Of a DNA stretch of 64,000 nucleotides, positions 28,381 to 43,495 are shown piece by piece; the stretch's first letter is position 1, and each line of letters opens with the position of its first letter. Under the pieces are notes generated by a model. It made no database searches, was not told the DNA's origin, and saw only the letters and a list, made by a program, of their open reading frames with translations. Where the stretch lies: positions 222,890,001 to 222,954,000 of the forward strand of contig OX597814.1 in NCBI GenBank assembly GCA_951406725.2, written 5' to 3'. Origin of the DNA: Octopus vulgaris. Lineage: Eukaryota. Made by a program: the position numbers and the translations under genes.

Positions 28381-29168
28381 GAGTAAATTTTCATAATTTT
28401 CTGAGGATGTGAAATAAAATTTTCTGACTTACAAACCTCTTCTTACATGCATTAAGTAAAATGATAAAAGAATCAGGTTCAAGGTACGACTGTAGCTTAA
28501 ATTTGGAGGCAAAGGGATCATTATTTGTAATCTTATTATGGCTTTTAACGATATAATATTATAGGTACTTAATTAAGGATAATGTTGATGATGATCCATC
28601 TATGCTCATCTTACTTTTTTCTTGGATTAGCGCATAAACCACGAACACATCTAATGTATTTTTCCAATGCTATAGTGAATGTTTAAGGGAGATTTAGTTG
28701 CTCTTTCTAGCATTTACAGCAACTCCATAAGGGTTAATGATGTACAAATTCGAAGAGAAAACTTCTTAACGAAGATGAAGATCGCAAAGTATGTCATTGA
28801 ATAGCGGATATGCAATCATTAGAGGCTGACTTTTCAGTGTTGTGACTCTGCGGCACTTTTCTTTTATGTCTATTTACTTGTTATAGTTTATGTGTCTACG
28901 ATATGACAAAATCAATCGATTTGCAAAACTATTTTTTCTCAGATAGACAAAGAAAAAAAAAAAGAATTCCTTTATTGTTATGGGCATTCTCGGTGGCAGT
29001 GACGTCGTTTTATTCATTTTCGCTCATTAAAGATAATAAAGTAGAAAGAAGAAAAAAATGTTTTCGTTAAGTACAAAAGTTGTAAAAGAATAACATTACA
29101 ATATAAATAATGGCTACTTCTCTTTCTTTTTACACACACACACACAGACACACACACACAGACACACA

Positions 29169-29240
<72 letters not shown>

Positions 29241-31989
29241 AATATATATATATATATGTATATACATTTTTTTAAAATTCGTTTAATCATATTTTTCTTT
29301 GTGGAAGTCGCAAAAGAAAACAATTCGAAGCACGGTTTTCTCCTGAAGTCGATCGTAGTTCCATGGTAGTAGCGGTGTTGGTCGTGATGGCGTTTCTGAT
29401 AGTGTTGTTTGTTTTAACATCGCTCAATTATTTTATCTTTGAAAGCCGAGAGAACACACTGAAAAATCGTTTGCTATAGAGAACCTAACCACTTTAATTG
29501 GTTTCTTCTATTTATCTTCGTCTTCTTTGTTCTAAGTGTCCTTTTATCATCTTCCTATCCATTGTGGCCTACTCAGATAAATTTGACGTTTGTGATGCAA
29601 ATGGTTTCTATTATAGAAAATGATTTTTAGTTTACCTTTAACCCTTACGGAAATTCTGGAAATGCCGATAGCTGTTTCTAAGGATTTCGCTTCAGTGTAT
29701 GAGGTAGCAATTATTCGTGTATTCAATACAAATCTGGTATTGCGATTATATAATTATACAGCCTACTCAGAACTAGTGAGAGATCACAGTTTAAGTTTCG
29801 TCTACAGGTGGCGAAAGCTGGCTAGATTGTTAAAACAGAACACAAATTGTGACGAAATGTACTAAACAGACACCCATTAAATATTATCTGTTCCTGTTGT
29901 TTACTGTATTTCATCTAACCTTTCATACATATTTTTTTTTATCTTCTCTTTCATCTTCTTCATCTTCTTCTTCTCCGTTCTGTTCCTTTAATCCTTTTGC
30001 TTCATCCTGTTTGTTAGTTATCTTTTCCCTTCAGTTGTTTTCTTCATTCTGATGGTTCTTCTCTTATGTTTTCTTTATCACTTTTATTAATATCAATATT
30101 TTATTTTTATAGCACATATATGGCAATAAACCTCGGTAAATAGTATAAACAATAAACTTTCCGAAAATTTGATTCAGTTATTATATTATATGTTGTCTTC
30201 ATAGATTTCACAATCGTATGAGTATCACATCTTTCGATTATGCCACCCTCGTTTATCATCATTACTGACAACAAATCCTTTTAATGTTCAGTTAAATCAT
30301 TTAATATGATTTTATTTACAAATATAAATACTAAAGTATATTAAAGCAGAAATCTTCAATTGATTCAAATCAACGGTCGAAGAATACGCTTGTTTTATAT
30401 TAATTAACTTAGTTAAAGATGAATGTCTTAAAATTCCATACTGAACACTGAATGTAGAGTTGTGCAGTTGAGTGCAATTTTAGAAAGAAAGGAGATTCTA
30501 TATGCAACTTATTTCGTTTAATATCAATTAAACTGAAAATTAGAAATAAAATTCTGCTGTTTGTACAATCCTATTACATATTTTCTTCTCAATACATTCT
30601 TGGTACGCCTAAGAACTTGAGCATCACCCAGCTTCGTTAAATCATACATAAAGTAAGGGCAAATGGACGCTACTAAGAAAATATATTCTCCTTGATAAAT
30701 AAGGAAACCAAATTTAATTTTCGCTGAAAGATTTTCTCATTATGCTCTTTAATATCAGTGTAATCTCGTATCCCTTTTGATTAAAAATATTTGTAGGCAT
30801 GTCTGTGTCTTATTTGGAAGTTGACTTTGTAACTATCTGATTTCGGTTTCTATTAGAAAAACAAAACAGAATGGAAAAACCGAAATGCCTTCTACAACAA
30901 CTTCGACTTGACAAAAGCCCTGTGAACGAAATTTAATTGACAGAAAATCCGTGCAAGACTGCCGGATATGCATGCCATTTTCTTGGATGAAAGACCTAAT
31001 CCATTGCTTAGTTTGATACAGAACCTAGCACTGGTGCAGAATGAACGGAGTTCAGTCTCTCTTGCAGTGTTTAGGTTTGTTCTTTGATATCCATTTCACG
31101 AAAGTTCATAAAGGTAACCGTTTTTTTTTTTTTTTGTTAATTTTTCATTTGTTAATTCCGTTTCAGCGAAAGATCTGCTCGTTTCTGATATTCATACAAC
31201 CGAGCTGCCGCCCCGGCCGGTGCGATGCGCCGTCTAATACTAGAGGTTTGTGGAGAAACCAGTTAACGATACAAGATCAAAATTCAATTATTTTAAACTC
31301 AACGATGCACAGTCCTTCCTCTTATAAGATCTCTTATAAAAGTTCATGTTAAGATCTCTTATAAAAATTCATGTTATCTTCTTGGTATGTGGTTCATTTT
31401 AAGTCATGCGTAGATGTCGAGAATTTATATCTATCCTAAGTTCTAGAAATTTACATACAGATAACGGCATAAAACAATTAATTTCCTTAACAATTCCAGT
31501 ATCGAAGTATTTCTTATATCTACACATAATTTTAGTTTCATTTCAAGCTGCTGTTTCACTGGTCATCGAACTGCAAATCATTAAACCGTATCGCCAGAAT
31601 TCAATATGTAATTCTTCTGTCAATATTTGAGGTGATACGTTATAACATAATCTAGTTTATATAATTTTCCTTCAGACATGTACTTAAAGATAATCATTTT
31701 GTAATAGGATGTAAAAGGAAAATCTTTTTCATTGCGTGTCACCTAAATTATGCTGCTGCTGATACAGATATTATAGTTCACCACCACTGGCAATTTATAC
31801 GTGCGATTTATATTGTTGTAGGATGTAGTTTAGTAGCAGATCTCATAAGCGAACCCAAACCGCAATAGTGAGGCGCCATACAAGAAGAGCACGCGGTTGA
31901 TACATACACATACGCACATATACATACATACATACATACATACATACATACATACATACATACATACATACATACATACATACATACAT

Positions 31990-32282
31990 GTGTACAGTTG
32001 TGGAAATAGCTGCACAGCGAGTGTTAACATATAAAGATCAGCAAAAGAGAAAATACCTACGCTAAACTATTGAGGAATCTCTAGCTATTCTATCCAGATT
32101 ACAGATTTTACAGATTTATACCTGTAACCATTGGGACACTGAGATATGTAACACGATGCCTAAATACCAATCTTGAGAAACTAGGCTTCTGAAAACCAGA
32201 AAGGAAAAAACTGATTCGAAAACTATAGATTCTATCCATCCGTGGAACTGTAAAAATATCTAAAACTTAGCAGAGGTCTACA

Positions 32283-32285
<3 letters not shown>
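31990..32285 (+). pseudogene. 3' fragment of an R4/Dong-type non-LTR retrotransposon (restriction-like endonuclease C-terminus)
   Basis: Broken translation CTVVEISCTASVN...[51 protein letters not shown] matches the RLE-type E..K..Y / P..IG.LG pattern; flanked by (CATA)n and (TA)n. Confidence 0.7.
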
Positions 32286-32338
<53 letters not shown>

Positions 32339-32341
<3 letters not shown>

Positions 32342-32510
32342 GGGAGAGTTTACGAAAAAAACAAAAGACGAAGACAGGAGGTGTACAAAACAAACAGATG
32401 TATTAGTATAACGCTCAGGAATAGAAAAAGTCTTTTACGTTTCGAGCCTTCGCTATTCTACAGAAAGGGACACAGAAAAAACAAGGAGAGAAACAAGGTG
32501 AGAAAAAATA
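32339..32510 (-). mobile_element. PLE-type non-autonomous end with variant hammerhead-like motif; same family as 60860-61032 (+)
   Basis: Minus CUUU-CUGUAGA-auAGC gaag GCUc-GAAA-CGUA-AAAG; colinear with 60860-61032; flanked by (TA)n. Confidence 0.6.
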
Positions 32511-33134
32511 TATATGTAGATGAACATGTTTATACATGCAACTGTATGCATGAGACTACATACATAAAACAAAACGAACAAATCTGCACATATACATACA
32601 CACATATATGCATAAAACATACACACATATATGCATACATACATACATACATACATACACACACACACATACATACATACATGCATACATGCATACATAC
32701 ATACATACATACATACATACATACATACATACATAGTCTATCGCATCAGAGAAAGACGATTGTTGTGCAATTTCTTGCTGAACAACCAGCATATAATTAG
32801 CTCAGTGTCTCCATCAAATGAACATTAGCCGTACGGGTGCATGGTGCAGCATACACCAGATGTCGAAGTGATCGGAGAGTTGTTTTTCTCAGAACAGACG
32901 CACCACACGGCGGTGCAATATTCTAAATTAATTGATAGAAACTTTAATAGAAAGTTTAGTGTGACAGATTCTTTTCAAATTCAGTTTGATACTATTTACA
33001 CTTCAAATGTTAAAATGATCGGAAACCACTTGGCATCTCTGACTACAAAAATTTTCCACCAAATTTCCTTAGATTTAACAACTACCATCATAAAATAAAA
33101 CAACAAAACATTACATACAGCAGTATGCTTTATA

Positions 33135-33505
33135 TTTCTTTATTGCCTACAGGGGGCTAAACATAGAGGGGAAAAACAAGGACAGACAAACGAATAAAGC
33201 CGATTATATCGGCCCCAGTGCGTAACTGGTACTTATTTCATCGACCCCGAAAGGATGAAAGGCAACGTCGACCTCGGCGGAATTTGAACTCAGAACGTAA
33301 CGGCAGACGAAACACCTATTTCTTTACTACCCACAAGGGACTAAACACAGAGAGGACAAACAAGGACAGACAAACGGATTAAGTCGATTATATCTACCCC
33401 AGTGTGTAACTGGTACTTAATTTATCGACTCAGAACGTAGCGGCAGACGAAATAGGGCTACGCATTTCGACCGGCGTACTAACGTTTCTGCCAGCTCGCC
33501 GCCTT
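33135..33505 (-). mobile_element. SINE group B dimer with outer TSD
   Basis: 21-bp TSD CATACAGCAGTATG(C/T)TTTATA at 33114-33134 and 33506-33526; internal minus-strand junction GTAGTAAAGAAATA|GGTGTTTC at about 33316. Confidence 0.9.
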
Positions 33506-34055
33506 CATACAGCAGTATGTTTTATAGACTAAATCATATAACCAATTAAGAACACGCAATATGTTTTCTAGTCAAGGATGACTAGTGAATGAGCAAAGCT
33601 TTGTAATCTATGAAAGTCTGTTTCGATTTCTACTAGGTGAGATCTCATTTTTTTTCTACCAAGGCCACCAACATCTATGACAACTTGTACTGTGTGAGAA
33701 TGGATCTATATCATTGACTGTGAGCAGAATTAAATGCAGAAATTTTCCCTGTAACCCGTGGAAAGTGATTCGATTTTTTTTACAAATGTTGTATCATTTT
33801 CTCTTCACTTACGTCATGTAATATAACCTTTTACCCCACTCCTAATTACGTGCGGTGCTGAACGGAACAGAAAACTCCTTTTACAAAAATTATATTATAA
33901 ATAACATGAAAATACAGAAATACTCAAGTATCAGAATTTTAGGTCGAACAGGATCGGATCTAATTTCAGCGAGGAGTGATAACCCAAAGTAATGACAATA
34001 TTGAAACTCATCTTGTGACAACGATGTTATCCCGACGTCGTTGGACATCAAATTT

Positions 34056-34106
<51 letters not shown>

Positions 34107-34137
34107 AACTACTGCTGCTGCTGCTGGGGCTGGTGCT

Positions 34138-34198
<61 letters not shown>

Positions 34199-34206
34199 CT
34201 ACTACT

Positions 34207-34288
<82 letters not shown>

Positions 34289-34290
34289 AC
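34056..34290. repeat. Compound trinucleotide array (CTA, CTG, GAT, TAT, TAG)
   Basis: Read directly. Confidence 0.9.
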
Positions 34291-37200
34291 TAGCAAATGA
34301 TACTCAAATAACAAGTTTAGGGAAGCAACGATAAAGCAAATGGCATCAACTACAACGTCAATAATGTAAAGGTGATGGTGATGTAAACAATGGTGTTGAA
34401 ACTAATAAGAGTAATGATACTGATGATGTTGTTGATGATGATGATGATGATCATCCTCATCATCATTATCATCGTCATCATCAATGGAGCTGGCAGGCAA
34501 GATTTATCTTAAATCCTTATTAATATGATGGAGAAAAACTATTCATCATTATTAAAAATATATGAAGAAAAAAACTATATATAGAAGAAGAAGAAAAGAA
34601 TACATACAAATATAAATTCTTCTCAGTGTGAAAAAAAAAAAGAAAATTCTTCATCTTCATTGATTTATGAGATTCTGTAGAATATTAAGTAGACGATATG
34701 TATGTTTTATTTATTGATTGGTTCTTTTGCATTTCTTCGAATTCATCTGGTTGTTATTAAATCATAATGGAATGGTAACAGTTTTTGGAAATAACATCCA
34801 CAGAATGAGCTTCTGGAAAGTTCTGCTCATTTTTCATAAATATGGGTTACTGATCTTATCTTATTCAGGATCAACATTAGATGTTTGCTTTCTTTTGTTT
34901 CTACATCTATCTAATTCTTACTTTTTTTTTATGTGTATATTTTCATCTGTTTTATTTATTTTTCAATTTTACAATTTGTTTAATTTTATACTTTCCAGTC
35001 AGTCATTTTGATGTTGTAAATTTATAACTAACTGTATTCATGTATAAATATTATATATGAAGCTCCGAGCTGAATTTAATACTCGATTGATAAGCAGCTC
35101 TAAAAGTAATTTATGTGGTTACTAGGAGAAAGCGACGTCTGGTGTTGAACGGATTAAAATATTCACTGAATAATAATTGTCTTAAACAATAATACTCGTG
35201 AATCTTACAGATTAAAACAGCTGTAAAAACACAGGTTACAATCTTTGCTTCTTTTGCCTATGCTTATCTCTGTAGTGATCTTTATGCTGTGTTGGTATAC
35301 AAGCTTATAATCAGATCGAAATCACAGATAGTTATTTAATATTTCGTGGCTATATCATGTTTCTTCGTGGTTTCTAAATCGTGAGTCGTTTTAATATTAT
35401 TTCATAAACCATCTAAAAAAAAAGGGGGCAGCCCATAATAGGCGAAGAAGCTGGTAATACATTGCTTGTTCTATGCTGCAATCACAAAAGCAAAACAAAA
35501 AAAATAAGATGTTTTCTTTCTTCGACCCATGCAAATCAACACCGACGAAAGAAGAAGAGGTAAATCCAGAATAGAGACGTTCTAGAGGAGTGCATAGCTG
35601 TTTGTGTAGGACCTGGGACCTGGATACAACAATATAATGAAAGAAAGAGAGAAGGATGGGCTGCGAATGCTGAGTAGAGTATGTCATTACCACCATGCTC
35701 GTACGGGTAGAGACATTTACTGTAGCGGGAGGAAAGAAAAGGGCCAAACAATAGCACATGAGCTGTCTGTAGGCGGGTCTGAGATAGATTTTATGTTATT
35801 CATTCGGTTGTCTGAGATGAATGCGCATGCAAATTGTGAAGCGGCAGTAGTATCCTAAATGTAGAAGCAACATTCTTCACTTCCAGCATTCCATTCAGTT
35901 TACATTTATTTCAGTTTGTCGTTTGAAGTTAGGTGAACTACATCTTTGTAAATATGTCCATAATGGTTACAGCCGAACCTACCCACCAACTCTCATTTCA
36001 GGCACTGTTTTATCTATCATATATTGCATATTTCCCTACTGAGTCACAACTTTTACCTTATTCTTTCTGAACATAAAGGAATTAATCATTCGTTGAAGAA
36101 TGTCACACAAAAGTACAATGAGCAAATATTTTTAATTACCTCCCTTGCCTCCTGCAATTTACATACCCGAAAATGCTGCAGCATGTTTACTCGATTTACT
36201 ACAAATATCAGTAAAATCGCCCTCGAATTATAAATACTACTATCACGAAAAGTCACATTAGATGTGAAAAAGAAAAAAACAAAAGAACAAAAAATCCCAA
36301 AATATCAAGACAGATTAGTAATGATTGGATTAACTATGATGAAAAGTATAATCTTAAATGATTGACGGTGAGTAAAACAAAAACGAAAAGTTTTTAAACG
36401 GAGGCTCAAAATGCCTGTTTGCCTTTATAAGTAATGAACAAAGGATACTCCAGTATATGGGAAATTGCATTTCACACAAACAGGAATCAGGCTTACTCTG
36501 TGGAAACGGCATCTACTCTGCAAAGCTTTCAACATAAAATTCAAATATTAGTTTATTGAGCATTACATTTTTTTCTAGAGCTGTACGCTAACAAGCAGAA
36601 GCGGTCGGAAGTCGAAAAATATATTGCAATTATATTACATCTACTTACATTCTAAATTTAAATATCTCGGAGATCTACTTTTTCATTCCCATGGGACCAA
36701 ATAAGTGTTGTCAATTGCTGGGGTCGGGGGCTTCATTTAATCGGTTATCCATCTACTCAATGAAATATATCGCCTTGTAATTATCTTAGAATTGCTGAGT
36801 ACGCAAGCTGATTTTTAAGTTAGAGTCGTAGTTATTTTGTTTGTGCTAATAACGACCTTGAGAAAGGCGTACAAATTATACAATCTTATTTACTGCTACT
36901 ATGGATTTGTAAACTTGTGCCTATGGAAGAAATCAATATTTGGTTTCTCCGTGTGAATCTGAACCGAACCTTTTAAATCAGTGAATATGGAGCGGAAGTT
37001 CTGGGAAAATGTAACCTGAACTCGTTCAAACGAAGCAAGTAGTTTGTAACGGCATACATTTGTTAGTTCTTTTCTTATAGTCTACTTTCATTTTGATTGC
37101 GTTTTTATTTGAATAATTGTCTGGATAATTAAATACAAATATGAATAATTCATCATAGCTAGTGTGATACATTTTAATAACTGTCTTTAACCAAAATACT

Positions 37201-37880
37201 AAAATATACCTAGACTTTGTTGTTTTCTTGTACTATCATAAAAAGTACGAGTTTAACGTAAAATTTACGTTATTTTCTCTCCTGAATACACAAAAAACTA
37301 ATGAATTCACAGTAATGCAGGAGCCTTAAACTAGCGTAAATATTTTTGTAAACATTAAACACTGCACCAACAGTTCATGTGTGATCACAAATCATGATGT
37401 TCCATTTCGGGAGAGTATAGTATATTTTCTAGGACATTATCAGTCGTGTTATCAACTGTACATAAATATTCGAATAGTGGATTCAACATATTCATGAGCT
37501 TAACAAACAAGCATATAATCATATTCAGAAAAATTTCAATTTCCCGATGAAGCATAAATGCCTGAACACAAATTAGGAAAACTGTAACTGAAATATTATT
37601 GACATACTTGAACATTTCTAAATATTATATTTACTTGATAAATAATGTACTCAAAATCCATTACAAAATTATATTAATTGTATCTTTGTTATTTGAACTT
37701 GACAGAAATTTAATTAAAATCAGATAAAGAACAGCATAATGTGTAAATTCTAACAGACTCGAAGTTTGTGTAGAAATATTGCTTTATGAAATTCGTAAAA
37801 CTGAAATACAATAATGTACATAATAGAAAGTGAAATCGAAGGTTTACACAACACACACATATATATAAATCCACCCTTGC

Positions 37881-38000
<120 letters not shown>

Positions 38001-38026
38001 GCATATATATATATACACACACTATA

Positions 38027-38094
<68 letters not shown>

Positions 38095-38125
38095 CATACA
38101 TACATACATATACATACATACATAT

Positions 38126-38156
<31 letters not shown>

Positions 38157-39221
38157 CACATAATCGAACCGGTACCGATATGCACTTCTAGTTCGAAATG
38201 CCCTGATGAAATCCGTGATGGACTGTAGCATCATATTGCACTAAAAGATGCGGAAGAGGCCAGGGAACAGAAGAAAGAGAACATAAACGATTGCATAACA
38301 AAAATTAGATATTCTCTATTCTCTGTTTTCCATAAACTGATGAAGTGGGCGCATTTGGTTCTGACGCTGCTGCAGTAATTGGGAACAATGTGTAATCTGA
38401 TATGTGAAGGCATTGTTTTACACCAGATCTGACAGCTGTTTATACTCTAAGGAATAAATACACATACACAAACAAATAAATGCAAAATAGAACGTAGAGA
38501 AAACTTCTCCAGATCATTCAGATAATTTCCAATGATATGATACATGTATTCTATGGGTTCTGCAACTTTATACGAGCGATAAATAAAGGTGAATAGTCAT
38601 AACATGCCGACAGGAAAATAACATCAGTAGGTGAGACAAGCTGACACTGAATTAACCTTGCTGATTGATAGGTGACGGTCTCGTTCAGAGAATGCGTGAG
38701 CTAAGACTACGCGCCTTCATTGGTCTGTTAAAGTTGAGACAGTGTCACGTGACAACTTACTGGAGCTATGTAGCAGCAGGTACTTAAAGGGAAATTTGAC
38801 AGGACAGTCAGTCACCCGCTGACACTCGTTGACGCTGCATGGAAGAGGCCAGGGAACAGAAGAAAGAAGGAGACATGCACCCAACACCAGAGCTGAAGGC
38901 ACCTCCGAAAGAGGGGGGTTCTACGTCAAAACGGTAGAGGAGTAGGGACCGAAACCGGACGTGGTTCCTCCTGATGATGTCTTGAGCTAACTGGATCCTA
39001 TAAAGGAGCTGTTGTGGTAGCAGACCACGAAACACGGTTGGAATTCCTCCATGTATCCTATGGGTTCTGCAACTTTATACGAACGATAAATAATGTTGAA
39101 TAGGATACTAAATTCGATGTAAGTTTCTACATTGCGATAATCAAGTCAGTATAAAATATTTTCGACCGTATATTTGGGCTCAGGTTAACCGGCAACAAAA
39201 TGGGGAGAAGCATTATTTTCA

Positions 39222-39598
39222 TATTCTTTTAACTGCTGCCATGCTGGAGCACCACCTTTAGTCGAACAAATCGACCCCAGGACTTATTCTTTGTAAGCCT
39301 AGTACTTATTCTATCGGTCTATTTAGCCGAACGCTAACTTACAGGAACGCAAACACACCAATATTGGTCGTCAAGTGATAGCGAGGGTGGGGGGACAAAC
39401 ACAGAGACAAACATAAATATATACTTATATAAATGCGACACGCTTCTTATAGTTTCTGTCAACCAAATCCACTCACAAGGCTTTGGTCGGTCTGAGGCAA
39501 TAGTATAAGACACGTGGCAAAGGTGTCACGCAGTGGGACTGAACCCGGAACCATGTGGTTGGGAAGCAAGCTTCTTACCACACAGCCACACCTGTACC
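39222..39598 (-). mobile_element. SINE group A
   Basis: CCATGCTGGAGCACC...GCAGTGGGACTGAACCCGGAACCATGTGGTTGG...CCACACAGCCAC. Confidence 0.88.
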
Positions 39599-40959
39599 TA
39601 TTGCTCACAAGATTAAATTTCTTAACGCACATATATGCCAACACATATAACTATAAAACCGAGTAAAGCTAATGTGGAAATTTAAAGCACAGGAGATTAA
39701 AACAGGATGAAAACCCTCAAATTTGTTAAGGGCATTTAGCAAGGACTTTAAAAATAAATTCACCCGTGAAAGTCATTCATTCAAAGTTAGTTGTTAACTA
39801 TTACCCAGGAAACGGGTATTCTCCTTCAGGAAAGTAAATAAGCATTGGTGGTCTGTCGTAAAAAAAAGTTGATGGCTACAAATTCTGGGATTAAGGCAAT
39901 ATACATACATTAGCCTTCAGAAGATGTATATTTAGTCTCATGAGCTACAAATTCTATGAAGCAATCCCGATTTTCAGTAGCCAGTAATGGCTTTCTACAG
40001 CAGCAGTGCGTCCATTGTTCACGGCATCAAACATAAGACGCAGAAAAGAAAAGTGAATACAGCGTGTAAGGACTGATTTCACAGGAGTCTAAATTTTAGC
40101 AGAGAGTTACCCCTTCCCCCACATACATACATTCTTGCAGGTATACAAGCAAACAAACTCAAATAATTTCACATGAGTTCTATAGTTACTGCTGTTTATT
40201 CAATGATCATTCCAGGCCGAGGGATGATCTTTGAGCAAAAGAATTCAAGACATGATCACTCAGTTTTTTTTCTTTCTTTCAGACAAAGTGTAGATTAAGC
40301 AACATGGATTTGTCTTCTAAAAGGGTAGACTGAAATTTGAAGCGGACCTCATGTTAGTTCTAGATGTTTCAGCTCCCACATCAACCGTCTCACGTTTGCT
40401 CGTTAATACCATCTGTGTTGTTAGCGCAGTGAAAAAAGCGATGAATATCAAAACCACTCCATTAGTTTTGTCTTAAGATATCGGGACTCGTACTAATAGA
40501 AGAGAAAGAAATTTAAAGAGATAACATTTCAAACTATGTATCCATATATCTAGGTTAACTACTGTCTTAAGAATCCATCTTATTTACATCTTATATATTT
40601 CAACGATAAAAAATGGAACGCAAAACAAAAAATACTCTTTATGTGAATTTAAAATATGATAAAGAAAATGGTAGAGAAATTTCTATGTAATCTCAAAGCC
40701 AAAGATATAGGATGAAACCAATATAGAATCAAATCTTATAATGCGAAATATTAATCATATCTATAAAAGTATTTCAATCTAGAAACAAAAAATATTTCAT
40801 GGAAATTATCATTTTCCATAAATAAATAATTATGTTTATTGCTGAAAAGATATTTTTTTAAAAGTGCATAAAATGTTGAGATAAAACGAAAAAATTAGTT
40901 TTGAAAAATTTAATAAAATTACACTGATAAAAATTAGTAATATACACACACGCACACAC

Positions 40960-41025
<66 letters not shown>

Positions 41026-41156
41026 GTGTGTGTGTACGTATGTCTGTGTGTATGTGTATATATGTATATATCTATATCTATATATATATACATGTATATA
41101 TATATATATTTACAGTTTTGCTTATCTATTCATATATACACACAGGTACATTCAAT

Positions 41157-41219
<63 letters not shown>

Positions 41220-41691
41220 AGAGTCATATCCCAATGATTACATTCGTCGCAAAAAATCATATAAAAAAAATCGCCGAAAACAATCGCAATAATAGGAATC
41301 CAAAATTTCAAGATTGCAGATTCAGTCCGGAATGTTTTTAATTTACTCACGGCGTTAGCCTTTAGATTACAAAAATTATAAAAATTGTTATCGTACAAAA
41401 AATTTGTCGCAAAAAGTCACGTAAAAATAATCGCCGTCAACAATCACGGTAATGAAAACTTGGGAGTCCAAAATTTCAGATTTGTGAGTCCGGAGTCAGC
41501 CTGATTCCAAAATGATATATGTTGGGCTACGGCCTCTAGGAGTACAGTTGAAAAAGTGTGACACAGTGACACACTGGCATTCACATTTATTATATTAGAT
41601 ATGTTTAATTTTAGGGAAACTTTATTTAATTTCAATCGTATTTTATAGATGTGTGTGTGAGATCTATTTATCTCTCACTCTCCCTCCCCCC

Positions 41692-41757
<66 letters not shown>

Positions 41758-41949
41758 GAAAACAAAAAAATGATAGTGTTCAGTATGTTGGCCACAGGAA
41801 TTTCACTAAAAGAGACATAGTTAAACCAAGTTGTACATCATCTCCTTTCTCTCACATATCCACTCTTTCTCTCCCTTTTTTGTTATTACGGCCGTCATCA
41901 ACACTACTACTACTTTTAATAAAACACCATCAACTTTCCCTAAATTCCT

Positions 41950-42011
<62 letters not shown>

Positions 42012-42151
42012 TTGACATCGCCCCCACCGTCTCTATGCCTACTATTACTCTTACTCCATCATGAGGAATAGTAGGAGTGTCACTGAATAGTGAGGGAGGG
42101 GTCTAAGTGTGACACACTGATACACAGAAAGTCGTTTTCGCTTTTATTATA

Positions 42152-42681
42152 TCTATATATATAAAACTGTAGTTGTGTGAGTGTCTGTCTCCTACGATTT
42201 AGATTCCTAACTACCTCCACATTTTGCGGTGCAGTTTAACCAAATTCGGGTATCTTATAGTCGTGATTCATATCGAGCCCGTCTGAGTATTAGCGCGCGT
42301 CTACGATGAGTCTACGATTTTAAAAATAATTTAACATCATTTTTTATTCCATTTTGCATAATTTTTCGTGTGTCGATGGAATTTTTCGTGTGTCGATGGC
42401 GGCGGAGTTGGCGTCCACGCTCACACCTGCACCTGTTTGCTTCTCCCCATTCTTCCCTCCCTCGTGAAGCTGTGGGGAAGGGAGTGTAATGAAATCAACG
42501 TCGTAAAGCGTTGTCAAGGAGACCAGCGTTCTTTTAGAACAACGACTTCATGGCTTGAAGACACCAAAACAGAAATGGCTAACGAAGCCCGAATTGGCAT
42601 CTATAAGGGAAGTAACTCTCTAAAAATGCTTATATAGTTATTTCCCTTACAAACCTGAGCAACGCCGGTCGATACTGCTAG
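42152..42681 (+). mobile_element. Non-autonomous Helitron, second subtype
   Basis: A|TCTATATATATAAAACTG...CCTGAGCAACGCCGGTCGATACTGCTAG|T; last ~70 bp shared with 14993-15376, interior different. Confidence 0.85.
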
Positions 42682-42706
42682 TTATATTATATTATATTAC
42701 GTCATA

Positions 42707-42755
<49 letters not shown>

Positions 42756-42818
42756 ATATTTCGGAATGGTCATATTGCCAGTTTAGCCAATAAAATCTTG
42801 CACAACAAATATTTAAAC

Positions 42819-42924
<106 letters not shown>

Positions 42925-43404
42925 CATAGTCGCAGCTAAACTATTAGTTAATAAGGTCATGATATGTACTTTAGATATGCATAATATAATGGACGTAATA
43001 GATGTCACATTTGATGCACGGAACTAGGCCTGAATACTCGCATTCCACTTCATTGTCATCTGATATCTTAGTAACAGAGAATTACTTGCTAGTGATATTT
43101 CGCATTACATGCACTAAAGAGCCCCTCATATTCATTTATTCTCATGCTTGTGTTCATGAGCGAAATACAGATAAATATATTAATATTTAGCCAAAAATTA
43201 CAAACCAAGACATAAAAAAGACTATCATACCGTAACGAATATACATTCACAAACAATTAAGGCTCTTTACTCGAAATTTCTATGTATAACATTTACATGC
43301 GAATTGTACATTCGTTAGCAAATATTTTCTCCTTAATTTTTGGACAGTCCTTCTGTGCACAAACATACGCAGAGTGGTACGCATATATATATATATATAT
43401 ATAG

Positions 43405-43495
<91 letters not shown>

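Noticed and set aside
31323-31376. 25-bp tandem duplication (also a 20-bp pair at 48437/48478)
   Set aside because: Ordinary slippage-type duplications.
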